From assembly GCA_977017575.1 (NCBI GenBank), contig CDRNVI010000072.1, positions 1 through 64,000 on the forward strand: DNA of 64,000 nucleotides, read 5' to 3'. This DNA comes from Paramoeba atlantica. Its lineage: Eukaryota; Protista; Discosea. The notes beneath the pieces are model-generated. The model was not told where the DNA came from, did not search any database, and worked only from the letters and a program-made list of their open reading frames with translations. Positions 11,463-22,827 of this stretch are shown one piece after another. The position numbers and the translations under genes are program-made. Position 1 is the stretch's first letter. Every line of letters starts with the position of its first letter.

Positions 11463-12634
11463 TTAAAAACTAATTATAAATATAAATAAAAATTCAAAAA
11501 GTTTATAATTTATATTATAATTAGTTATTAGAGGGGGGTAATCTAATTCACTTGTAGCGATGTGTTGCGCGAGTTCAACGGTGCTAAGACCCAACACTTG
11601 GGTAGAGATGTTCAATTGTTCCGTACAATCCTCAGACTCTGAGGAGCTGTCCACCAAAAGGAGTGGACGAAGACCGGAAGGATACTCTTTCAAGATCATC
11701 TTCTCTAAATCAAGGGGGGAGTCATTTACCAGCACTTCCATGGGTCGCTTGTTAATCTCCTTGGCAACTTGACGAACTTCGTCTTGTGTCAATCCAGTGA
11801 AGAGAAATTTTTTGTGGAAAAACACACGCACACGACCATTAAAGTTTTCGACCCCCCCTTTCCCCAACTGGCATACGGCTTGCAGAAGAATGACTCGCAG
11901 CCATAAGTCCCATTCACCACTTCGTGCTTGGCAAACTCCGTACCATTATCGTATGTAATGGTCAGTACCTGATAACCCTGCAGAGCTTCCACTATTGATT
12001 GCGCAACGTGGTCTGACTTTTTGGAAGATATGCCGAATTTGAACAATGTGCCGAATCTGCTTTTCCGCTCAACAAGACTTAGCATATACTGGCTCTGCTT
12101 GGTACCTTCAATGAGGTCTGCCTCCCAGTCCCCGTAACGCTGACGATCATTCACAACCTGAGGTCGTTCACTAATATGCACCCTATTAGGAATTTTAAGA
12201 CGATTGACCCCACGGCGACGTTTATATCCACGCCTACCCCCACGGCGTAAAAGTTTCGACAAGTGACCTCCAGCTGCTTCATCTCGCTCTAAGAAGTTAT
12301 ATATTGCTTTGCGGGATACCTTGATTTTGTGCTCCTTCCACATAGTTACGCTGATCTGTTGTGGGCTGTAACGGCGCGTCAGAAGATCCGTCACAATTCC
12401 AATTACTTCGTTTTCAATTTTACGGGGTCGTACCATTCTTTGTTTCATTTTGTTCTGGGCAGTGCGCTCCGCCAAACGAGCATCGTACACTCCCTTTTTG
12501 CAACCACGTTTTGTCTCGCGACTTATACACGATTGATGGACATTCAAACGCTCCGCAATCTCTGCTTTAGACAACTCTTCGTTGTTATAAAGCAATTCGA
12601 TTTGCGCTCGGTCAGTTGAGTCAAGTCTCTTCAT
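11463..12634 (-). mobile_element. IS30-family transposase gene (~390 aa) split by one -1 frameshift at ~11858
   Basis: HTH (KAEIAERLNVHQSCISRETKRG), YSPQQIS, ISERP..R...GDWEADL, LVERKSRF, TITYDNGTEF, PYASW.KG.VEN.NG, INKRP; D-33-E spacing once frames are joined. Confidence 0.9.
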
Positions 12635-12682
12635 GCGAACGGTGAATAAAAAGGAAAACTGGTGTATACAATATCTAATTCT

Positions 12683-12920
12683 GCAATATGCAATATAATG
12701 GTGCATTATGCAATATAAACGTGATTATGCAATATAATGGTGCATTATGCAATATAAAGGTGATTATGCAATATAAAGGTGATTATGCAATATAAAGGTG
12801 CACTATGCAATACAAAGGTGATTATGCAATATAAAGGTGCATTATGCCAGATCAAGGTGTATTATGCCAGATAAAGGTGAATTCATGCCAGATAAATGTG
12901 AATTCATGCAATATAAAGAG
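12683..12920. repeat. ~12 x 19-20-bp repeat (GGTG(C)ATTATGCAATATAAA)
   Basis: Direct reading; starts ~50 bp upstream of the IS30 ATG. Confidence 0.9.
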
Positions 12921-12924
12921 CCAC

Positions 12925-13680
12925 TTTTTATGCAAGATAGTGGTGCGGGTGCCAACACGTTCGGTAGACTTGAATTCATGCGCACGAGTGATTTCCCACA
13001 TGCAAGTGTGGGGTTCGGTGCTCTCGGAGCAAAAATAAGCAAAAATACCCGAAAATAGGCTTTATAACTCCAATTTTTGACTCAAATCCTTCCGGTTTCT
13101 TCGGCTTTCCTGGCCAAATTTTTCTTTTTTAGGCTCTTCGTTAAACGCGGCGGTAGTTTTCAACGCGAAGCGCGCAGCAGGAGTGACTTCTAAGTTAAAA
13201 CCAACCACCGCGTTTAACGAAAAGTCTTTATGAGATATGCAAGTAGCGTCCGCCAGGTTCGGATTTTTTCGGAAAAAAAAATTTGAAAAAAAATTCAACA
13301 TGGCGAAGAAAATGGCAAAAGAAAAATTGTTTCGAAATCCTTTGTCCTATTATATTTTGATAGTTTGGGTCCTATACTAGCTTTCCACGCCGTTATTTTC
13401 GCAAGATATCCCTTCTTCGAGCCGTGGTAGGCCTCCTAAAATAATTTTCCACCCCACCTGGGGGTGACCCCCCCTGGTACGCGCAGGAGGAGTCCGACAA
13501 GGTCAAAGTTTTTGGGATGACCAAAAAAAAAACATTTGACCAAAAAAAGTAAAAATATATTTTGTCCAAAATTCACTCCTAAAACGTATTTTGAGAGTTT
13601 GTGACCTCAGCTACCATTCTGCGACGTTTTTTTCGACAGATTCGCCTCCTGCCCCTACTGGTAAGGCATCAAAAACGGAA
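12925..13680 (+). mobile_element. Rearranged family-A fragments, palindrome at ~13120-13220
   Basis: Blocks match 1660-2250 and the reverse complement of 9170-9400. Confidence 0.7.
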
Positions 13681-13819
13681 ACGCAAATCCTTTCCTCCAC
13701 TCAATTCCGAAGTTTAAAAGTAGATCCTAGTTTTTGTTTTGAACGTGACTTCGTCGCAGATGGCGGTGAATGTGGTGACGGCTTTTTTTTATTAATTGGG
13801 GGGAAAGAGTACGAGTTCT

Positions 13820-16800
13820 AGCTTTCTATGTATGTACGGTATCACTTTCTTACTTACTTTCCTACTTGCTCAACTTCTTTCCCTCACTTCGCCCCATTTT
13901 GAAAAAGATCAAAATATAAAACTAACGAATCTGCTTTCCCATCTTACCCACTTCCCCTTACCAATCTTTACAACTTTCCAGGGAGGGTAAGGTCTCCCTC
14001 TACTAGGGGGGGGCTTTCCCCTAACCATTCGCGCGTTCCGGACCGGGTCTTTCGACCTCTCCCAGCTTGCCTTGTGAACCCTTCTCTTGTTGTACGAGAG
14101 GGCGCAAGCAATTGGTCTGTGCCGACAGCGGCACGGTCGCGGAGCATGATGCTGGTCGACGGGGAGGAACAAAGTTCCCTACCCATATCCTACCTCACTT
14201 GGAGTACCTAGCCCTGACGGACTAGGCGTGAGCATAGATCCTGTCGGCATCGACCAGCATCCGGGCCAGCGGTTCATGTCCCAGTGGGTAGTCCCGAGAT
14301 CCCTTAGGCCCCTTCCAGGGGAGCGTCAGGGTCACTGACGACTATCCTAGAGACCATCATCCGGGCCTGGGAGCGCATGAGAGCCACGTTCAGATCTTTG
14401 AGAAGGTCATTTCGGGCTTGCGTGTCTGTGAGTAGACCGTTTGACGCGTTTGCGCGTAGCGTCCCCACATTCCACAACACAGCCATCGCGCTTTTACTCC
14501 ACGAGCCGAAGGATTCAACTACCATGGCCGTAAAAAGTAATTCCGCTTCCTCCGCTTCCTGGCGTTGTTTATCCTTCGTTGTTGAGTAGTGTTCAGCAAA
14601 AGATCCCGCAGCCACCCAGCTAGCATTCCGGACAGAGTCCAAATACTTTAGTTGCTGTGCGTGGGTGACTGCGAAGTCTAACACCATGCCACTTCCCAGG
14701 GTGCAATTCGGGAGAAACACGTCAGCAGGTCTGGTGAGACCCCCTCCTGGACCACGATTTCCCAGGCTTTTCTCCCTTTGCGGAGCGATGTCGGCTTTTC
14801 TGCAAAATGCTGTGAATTGCTCACAGACCGCGTTGTGACCGGTGGTGAGGCCATGCCCGTTCTTACATAACAATGCATGTTCCCCATTTTTCTGCACAGG
14901 TAATGCGCATACCTTCCGCTGGGCAAGGACGATCTTCTTGATAGATGTCGGATCCCAGCCACCAGCGGGACAACGTGCGGAACTCTGTTGTGAAGGCGTA
15001 TCCTTTGCTCCTAGAAGGCGTCACGAAATCCCAGCGACCTGCTCCCTTACCCGACTCTGAAACCCACCGTGCGCGAGTGCGAGGGTCAGCCTGCTCGTAT
15101 GCTGTGGTAAATTTCTGCTATGAGATAGCCTGGCTGAGTTGCTGCTGTCGAGGGATGACCATCTCCGGCGCGGTTGCCCTGTACGCTTCCATATTGTTTT
15201 GGGTGCTCCGTGGGTGTTTCCTTTTCGGGAGGAAGTTGTGATGGTGGCCTGAGTATGGGGGTGGCTTGTCCTGCTTGAGTGTGCGCCCCGTGCTGGGATC
15301 CACTAGCGCTACTCCTGCTTTACGGTTTACGTCTTGTACCGAAATGGCGAATCCATCAGCCTCTGTAGGATCCCAGTCGTCTATATCGGCGGCGTGCGCG
15401 ACGGAAGAAACGTAAGCGGCTGTCGCGTGGAGTGTTGCAGACCTAAGGCCGAAACCTCCGTGGCGTTTCCTTCGTTGGATTTGGTCACGTGCGTGGGGTT
15501 CCAGGGGGAAAAGTGTCCACTCGACAGCTTTAAGAACGGTTTCGTCTAGTAGGCTACAAAGTTAAAAAAGAGCCCGTGGGGGTGTGGTGTGGAGAGCGTA
15601 CACCATTTGGCAGAAGCCAGTGCACTGGCGGATGAGGGCGATGGCGACTTGTGGATCGCCTATTAGCCCTATTGCTGCGAGAGTCTCGCGTGCGGGTTCA
15701 ATGGCGTGAGACATTAGGAACTCCGCGCAGTGCTCCGCAGACCCAATCGGGGATCCGAGAATATCGAAATTCCCATCAACACGAATTTTGGCGGTGGGTA
15801 TTTCCGGAAATAAGTTGTGTGATGGGCTGAGGCAGGTGGCGTTATTATTTCACACTTGTTCTGATTCAGAAATAGCCCGCATTGTGAATCAACCTCGGAA
15901 AAAACATCAAGCGCCTTTCGAACCTCCGCCGCCTCCCCCATGAGAACTCCGTCGTCCATGTATGACGTCGTCCATGTATGAACTCCGTCGTCCATGTTCC
16001 TGCTGGCGTTGTTGAACGCATTTCTGAGGTCCACCTTACAGAAAACAAGACTGTCGCTCCCCTAGTTGTTTAGCATTGTTTTCCGGCACAGATGAATTAC
16101 TCGTTCGGCCCCCGCGGATGCAGCCACACCATACTGTCTTACCCGGAATAAAGTTTCAGCCTTCTCCTTTACGGCGACGCATGCCGCTTTGCTTACTAGA
16201 CGTCTGAGGGTTTCGCCCGCTTCTATGGGTCGGACATCTTCTTCACCTTTCTCCAGAGCGCAGAGATGGGCTCCTGCGTAGAACAGTTGTACCTCTGGCG
16301 GTGCCTTTCCTTGGAGCATGTGGTTCACGAGGCGAGTGAGGGCCGAAAGGGGACCCACCTTCTTGTCGGCATGTTCCAAAGTGGCGGCCTGGATATGTTC
16401 TGGACGTAGACCCATTGTTCCGGCAGAAGACCCTCTGCGAAAACTTTCGACCGCTTTCCAGACTTCCACTTCCTCCAGACGCAGGGGATTACCCCCAATC
16501 GGTGGAAGATCGTTCTCAAGAGGGTTTTCGTGAGGATTTGAGTGCTTTTCTAGAAGCTTCGCAAGGGTCTCCTCGTTGTCCAGCGCCATGGGTGCTGCGG
16601 TTAGAGCGGCTAGTCCCCTAGAGTATTCCCCTCGACGTGACAGTATTTCTGCCCTGATTGCCGCTCTTTCTTCTTCGTTTTCGGAATTTCTAGGCTTGGA
16701 GCGTTTTTTGGCGTGATCTTTCAGGGCCTGTTCCCAGAGTAAGAGGTACTCTCCTGCCAACCAAAGCTCCATGTTTTTTTCCACATGTGTAGAATATGAC

Positions 16801-17730
16801 ATACGAATATGTCTATGTCCTTTGCGTCCGCCTCGGTAAGGTGCAGGTAAGACGCATTTAGGGAGCATTGCGAGCAACGTCCATGCCTCCACCGTATTTT
16901 CTTGAACAGCAGAAGTAAAGACTTGTGTCAAAATGCTCGCCCACAGGAATGTGGGACGTCTTTACATGTACTTATGGGCAGTGCCCACACAGAGCTTAGC
17001 GTTGGTAGCAGGTTTTCCGGAGGAACATCCGCTGCGTTTCTAGGACATGTCGTTGGCCTAGGCGGGGTTGGAGATCTGACATGGTGGTTGCGGCCTTTGC
17101 AGTGCTTGGGGTGAGACTTTTCCTTGTTTTTGTCGTAGTGCCTGCCGCAATCCTTGCAGAGAAATCTTCCATCTCTCTCCCACCCGTCTGTGGGTCCGCT
17201 TTCGCCGTGTCGGTGGGCCACATGGTTGTAACACGCTTGCCATTGTCCACCATGTGGAGGCGTCTTCCAAGAGCATCCTTCCGCTGGACATACTCGTTGC
17301 GTGCTGTGTTGTAGAGACGGTAACGGTTTGCGTTCTTGCGCTTGTTTGGAGAAGAAATTTTCGCGCCAGAGACCTCCGGCGGGTTTCCTGCGCTCGCATC
17401 CATAACGCGAGAGTGATTGGTCTCTTCATCATCCGTCACTCTGCCCGTGTCCGGTGTGGGATTCTCTCCAGCGAACTTGGCGGCTCTTTCTGCCCAGTGT
17501 TACGGTATGTTCTTGGGAATAGGTGTCGTGTATAAAAGTTCATTGTAGGAGCTCTGTCCAGAGATTAAGTGTGCGTTACCTGCAAATTGGTCCCAATCAC
17601 CCGTGTTGTGAGAAATCTCTTCCTGGCGGAAAGAGTCGTCGTCCATGGGCAATGCATTCGCGCCGAAAAGATCGTCTTGTGGCATGATTATACCCTCTTG
17701 GGGAAAAAAGTGGGATAATTAAAATGTTGT
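13820..17730 (-). mobile_element. CRE/SLACS-like non-LTR retrotransposon, degenerate (N-terminal Zn finger, RT, CCHC + RLE endonuclease)
   Basis: CKDCGRHY..SHPKHC; DVRPIEAGETLRRLVSK; QYGV...GAERVIH; KVDLRNAFN; YMDD; HALLC..HN, RPADV, LDFAVT, VESFGSW. Stops, frameshifts and RT deletion; 3' boundary approximate. Confidence 0.85.
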
Positions 17731-17768
17731 CAACAAGGTACAGAAACTGTATCTTCATCGTTAAAGTT
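17731..17768 (-). other. Spliced-leader (mini-exon)-like sequence AACTTTAACGATGAAGATACAGTTTCTGTACCTTGTTG
   Basis: Exact CAGTTTCTGTAC core, AACT..AACG start and N4-TTG end as in kinetoplastid 39-nt SLs; not followed by a GT donor; 45 nt upstream of the ATG at 17685. Confidence 0.7.
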
Positions 17769-18421
17769 TTTTTATTTTTTCTTGTTTCTTTTAGCCATTC
17801 AGGTTGAGCCCTGAGTCCCTGAGTTATACAAATATTATAAAAATCCCTCGTAGTCCGATGCGCAACTATCGGAACTGAGTTCCTCAAATTCTTCGGGAAC
17901 GGGAAACCCGTAGTTATCCTTAATGCACTTCATTATATTCACAAAGCGACTCTGCCAAGACTGCTCGCGGCCATTATGTGTATCCCCATACTTTACACAC
18001 TGGAGCACGACGTTTCGCTGCAACTCCAACGTTGTTGCCCCAAAATTATAGTGTTGGAGTCTTGTTGTTGTTGCTACATCCCGTTTACCTGCGTCAGGTG
18101 TGTGCTCCTACTTCCCGCGTAGGTCGCAGTGCAGATGATGATACTCGAAGCATCGGCATCGACGTGAGAGGAGAGTTCGACCAGCTCTCTTCCATCACCA
18201 GAACGGCAATGGGCCCTCGACCACAGAAGATACGTACCTGACTTTATCTTCCTCTAGAGGAAGCCAATAAATAATACAATGGTGCTGTCAACCTTTCAGG
18301 AATTGCTTCCCTACAGATTGTTGGTAGCGCATCAAGGAGCTCAAGGAGGTGAGGTTCGCTGGGCCCTAACATCGCCTAACTTGGCGATGCCCCTGACCCA
18401 GTTATCACGGCAATATTGACT

Positions 18422-19365
18422 TTATGACGTATGACCTGGGGGAAAAGGCTCTTTTCGTTTCCTTCGTTTATTGCTGTATCTATTCTCTGCTTTATATTGT
18501 ATAATCTTGTCTTTTCCATTTTGCGCTTGAGTTTTCCATATAATTGGGTTTAGTCCAGCTCTTTCTGTGGAGCTTCTTATCGCCTGGTCCGCTGTTTTAT
18601 ATCTACCTCTTGGAATCCTTCCTTCATATGACCCAAAGAGGATTCGGTTAGGGAACCTTTCTGGGCCCATACGAGCCACGTGACCTGAGAATGATAGTAT
18701 TCTTACGTCTATTCGAACTTGCAAGGGTGGCATGTGCGCAATGCGTAAAATTTCCTCGTGCGATTTTCCGTGAAAATTTTGGTTGGCAGTTGGTTCCTTG
18801 CTTGGTGTAAACATCTTGTTCGTTTCCGTTTCTCCTTCCCAGGTCCTTATTTGGAAAGCTTGTTGTATCAGTTGGACGTAGGCCTGAGTTATCCTTGTAA
18901 ACTGCATTGGTGCAAGCTGCCAAATTGAGCATCCGTATATAAGGTGTGGGATGACATAGGCTTCAAACACCTTTGTCTTCGGCCATCTAGAAAGTGCTTT
19001 ATTTTTCCACACTGCTTTCGAGACCTGTAGAGCGTTAAAGGCGCTTCTTATTCTGTTATTAACTTCTTTTTCCAGTGACGTATCCTCTTGGATATACGAT
19101 CCCAAATATTTGAAGCTGCTTACTCTATTTGGACTCCATTCAGAAATATATCTACGGTGTGATACGTTTTTGAGTCAAAGAGTTGAATTACTTGACACTT
19201 CGTTTTTCCGCAATTCATCTGCATGCCCCAGTGGCTCGTGGTACTTGACACGTTTTCTAAAACCTCCTGTAATTCTGATGCGCTGTCTGACCAGATGGTC
19301 AGATCGTCGGCATACGCCAGTATACCAATCTTGTCTTCCCCTTTCACCTGGTCGCCCCGGTGTGT
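18422..19365 (-). pseudogene. RTE-like LINE RT, C-terminal part
   Basis: IGILAYADDL...GMQMNCGKTK, FKYLGS...EVNNRIRSAF, KTKVF..YV...LIYGCSIW, GHVARM...RFPNRILFG; frameshift at ~19120. Confidence 0.85.
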
Positions 19366-20504
19366 TCCATAATAGAGTAATTCCGACTCCGAAGAATATT
19401 CGGCGTGGAAAAATCGATGAAAAGGCTTCAAAGTCGCCAATCCGTAAATAGCCCGCGCCAAGTCATTTCTAGATGGAGAGTTGAAGGCATTCTTAACATC
19501 AATGGATAATATGCAAGAGCCACCTCGATATTTCGCATTCAATTCGTGTACCACCCGTTCGCAGCCTCCCTTTGAAAGCACGCCCTGTTAGATTGGTGTG
19601 AATAGTGGTTGTAATGTGTTTTCGAATTCCGAAATATTGTAAACTTACTTTTCCTTTTCCTGCCCTTCCTCGCACACTCTTCACTGTTCCTTTTGAGACG
19701 TTCAACTGATCTTGATCTCACCGGTTGAGACACGAATAGAGACTCTTTGGGGGTGCTTGTGCTCACAGCTACATATCGGACACCGTTCCATACAAATCTG
19801 GGAGATAAACGAGTAGAATAGCCTGTGAAATTCGCTCGCGGTCTCTTCGAGGCCGGAGCACGAGTGGTTGTTGGGGTGGGGAACAATCCCTAGTGGATGG
19901 TTCGTCTTTCGGCACGACCGTACGGGGTCTTCGCGCCGCCACTCGCCACCCCCCGACGAAAATCCTGCTGCAAACGGGGACAATTCGCACGTATGTGGCC
20001 TGGCATACGACAGTTATAACAGACAGGAGGCTGAGCCGGTCGCACCCGTCGTGATTGTTTGCTTGTCTCTTCGAGCATAAATTTACCATAAGTATCATCA
20101 GGGTTTTGGACCTGGTGCAAACGTTGTTGGACCTTTTCGACGGGAGCGCCGGCTGCCGCCTAGTAATGATTGCGAAGTTCCTGAATAACTATCTTGGCGA
20201 TGTTGTAAAAATTCTCATCAGTCCATTCAGCAAGCTTACGCGCGGCATAGGTCCATTGGATCAACATCTCAAAAAGCCTTTCGCGAACAAGGGGAGGATT
20301 GAAACGGACACCGAATTCCTTATACTCGCGAAGCTCGCGTACTAACTCACGTGGTTTGAATTCATCTAGAGCCTCGATCCAGGGCCCCCATGTTTTCGGT
20401 TCGATAGGAGAAAAGTTCTTTGGGTCCGATAAGGATAAGCGATCCAAGGAAGGAAGTCGTTCGACCCGTGCACCGCCCGGCATCCGGGCTTGAACCTTGG
20501 CCAA
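19366..20504 (-). pseudogene. Second CRE-like fragment: gag-like ORF with CCHC knuckle, Zn-finger remnant, RT N-half
   Basis: CYNCRMPGHIRANC; CPICSCEHKH; GGCERVVH..LSIDVKNAFNSPSR..FHAEYSSESELLY. Confidence 0.65.
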
Positions 20505-20779
20505 GGCAAGCGAATAGTAATCTATGTCTGAAAATGGGAAAGTGGAAGTGTTGGAGTCTTACCCAATACTTAATGGTGTTGTGGACACTCTCAGCACCAT
20601 TAGTATGGTATCCCTTCTCGTTCACAAACTCCTTAAATCAACTGTACGGATATTATTCGCATTTTTTTATTATTCGCAATACACTTATTATTCGCAAATA
20701 CACTTATTATTCGCATTTTCTATTATTCGCATTTTTTTGGTTTTGGGATTTTTTGTCCTTTTTATATCTGAATGAAGTG

Positions 20780-20985
20780 TTACAAGCTCACAATATTCGT
20801 CGGCTTAATGCAGGAGGAACCGTCAATTATATGCAAAAAGATGAGACTTGTACGAGTACGGTGAAGAGAGGGATGAAATTCCTCACGGAGTGTGTGAACG
20901 GAAAGTTGAAAGTAAACGGTGGGTCTAGATTTTGACGTATTTTGGCAGACATCCAACTCTTTTGTGAATCTGTGGAGATGCAATA
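20780..20985 (+). pseudogene. Internally deleted Merlin fragment (QKDETC subfamily)
   Basis: GTVNYMQKDETC and KVNGGSRF*RILADIQLFC match GTVVFMQKDETC and TVNGISRIRRIFQDIRMFC of the 27-kb Merlin. Confidence 0.7.
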
Positions 20986-21416
20986 AGCAAGGGTGATGCA
21001 ATAAGCAAAGATGGAGGAAGTGATTGGCAAAGGTGAGAGGAATAAGCAAAGGTGGAGGAAGATAGATGTAGTCATGTAACGAGAAGCACGATGCATTCGA
21101 GAATGATTTTAGGAAAAACCTTTTTTTGCGCAATTTAGGTACTAATTGTCCCATTCTTTTGACTGGAAGTGTGTGACCAAGCGCCGTAGAGGAGGTAGGA
21201 GGCGCAAGGACAGAAGCAGAAGGCGGAGAGTTCTGACTTTTTGCCGCGGCGACGACGACTTACTCGCGTGGGAATCTGTAAGCATACCTAGGGAACGTGT
21301 TTTCATGGCTCTGGAGCCCCTGCAACTTGGCGTCTTTTTTGGGTCCACTCGGGGTCACGGTGGGTCACTAGGGGCCATGGTGGGCCACTGCTACTGGTCC
21401 TTGTTGATCATTTTGT

Positions 21417-21719
21417 ATGTATGTAATTATTGTGATGGGAAAAATGTATTGTCCTCGCTGCAAGGTGGACCGCCACGTGTCTTTGGGGGAACCTATAAGG
21501 TGTGTAATGTGTGCATGCACCATTGAAAGTGATGCAAAAGATCCTTGCCTCCAATGTCAAAGGGTCTCTGTAATCATAGGTACGAACTACTGTCCTCTAT
21601 GTAATGCTCCACAGGACTCTGAACGACTTCTGCCCAGTGCCATCGACCATTTACACGCTCGTGAGCTTCAAGGGAAGCACAATTTTCGCGCTATATCTTG
21701 CGGATGGAGGGTTTTATGA
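21417..21719 (+). CDS. Cys-rich Zn-ribbon-like ORF, probably cargo or relic
   Basis: Four CxxC pairs (CPRC, CVMC, CLQC, CPLC) in 100 aa. Confidence 0.3.
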   Translation: MYVIIVMGKMYCPRCKVDRHVSLGEPIRCVMCACTIESDAKDPCLQCQRVSVIIGTNYCPLCNAPQDSERLLPSAIDHLHARELQGKHNFRAISCGWRVL

Positions 21720-22013
21720 AAGTCGCACCAATAGGCTGATACTGCCTCATTCAAAGACAATTCCCCTATCAGTTGTCCAAGCAAAAACAGGATCACAAGT
21801 GCGAACAATCTCTTTTACACTTTCATAGCTTTTTAGGTCATGTTTTCATAAAATCCTTCATTAATTCCTTAGTGGGGTATTATCAATGCCTAGCATCTGT
21901 CCCTCGCCGGAGGTATTTCTCGCCGGTTTTTGGGTCCACTCGGGGCCACTTGGGGCCACCAAGGCCCACTAGGGGCCACACTGGGCCACTCGGGCCCTGC
22001 ATTGGGTCCTCTG

Positions 22014-22203
22014 TAATCAAGGCTAAAGTGGGCGAGGGAGATACCGATAACACAGATGCGGCGGCTTCCTACAGAAAAAATGGCATTCCCCTTTTGATAT
22101 GAAAGCACTCGGGTACATACAAAGTAAGAGATACCATCTTTCCTGTGCGAAGCCGCCGCATCTGTGTTATCGGTATCTCCCTCGTCCACTTTAGCCTGGA
22201 TTA
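22014..22203 (+). repeat. Family-P 190-bp palindrome (body remnant at 21140-21300)
   Basis: ~75-bp arms with GAGGGAGATAC core; 21140-21300 is the reverse complement of 35030-35195. Confidence 0.8.
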
Positions 22204-22827
22204 TGTCGTTCTTCTGCGTTTTATGAACGCTTTTCCTTACATTTCTTTCGCATGAATGCACCGAATGCGAATAATAAGTGTAAAACACACTTATTATTCG
22301 CATTCGGTGCAAAATACATTTATTATTCGCATTTTTTTCTTATTCGCACGCGAATAATATCCGTACAGTCGGTTTACTATGATTTACGGAGTAGTGACGT
22401 CAAACTTGGTTCAAACCATTGTAAACCCTCCAACAATCGCTCACTACCACGGATGGCGCACTGGCAAGATGGGGAATGATGAAGCCATGGAGGGTAGGCG
22501 TATCACGACGCTTCACCAATTTCCAATGGGTCCGCCCCGTTTTACCAGTGCCTCGAGACTCCGTGACAGTTGCGAACCACCATCCTCTTTTCCGCTGTCT
22601 ACGGCCCCGATTATACTTCCGTTTGCCGACGAAAGTCTCATCGACCTGCACTCGACTGAATTCATAATTGGACATGGTTTCCTTACGGAGTGGAACGTGG
22701 GTGCAGGTGGACTGCACATCAAACACCCACATGAGAGACCGTGCGCCACCAGTGGCTGCACTGGTGTTCCATTTATAGAGTGTTGTTACAGATCGCCATG
22801 TTGTGGAAGGGTGGCCAGCTGGGAGAT

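Larger units (their letters stand above)
20636..22374. mobile_element. 1.74-kb TIR element with TA duplication
   Basis: TIR AAYCRACTGTACGGATATTATTCGC; TA at 20634-35 and 22375-76; subterminal TTATTCGCA repeats. Confidence 0.85.
20540..22790 (-). pseudogene. Merlin (IS1595-like) transposase split by an insertion (coding parts ~22377-22790 and ~20540-20633)
   Basis: VQVDETFVGKRKYNRGR, RDTPTL, VVSDCWRVY, then YSVNHS|KEFVNEKGYHTNGAES when 20636-22374 and one TA are removed. Confidence 0.9.

Noticed and set aside
11400-12700. Terminal inverted repeats/TSD for the IS30 gene
   Set aside because: Only a 5-bp ACACC match found; element ends not identifiable by eye
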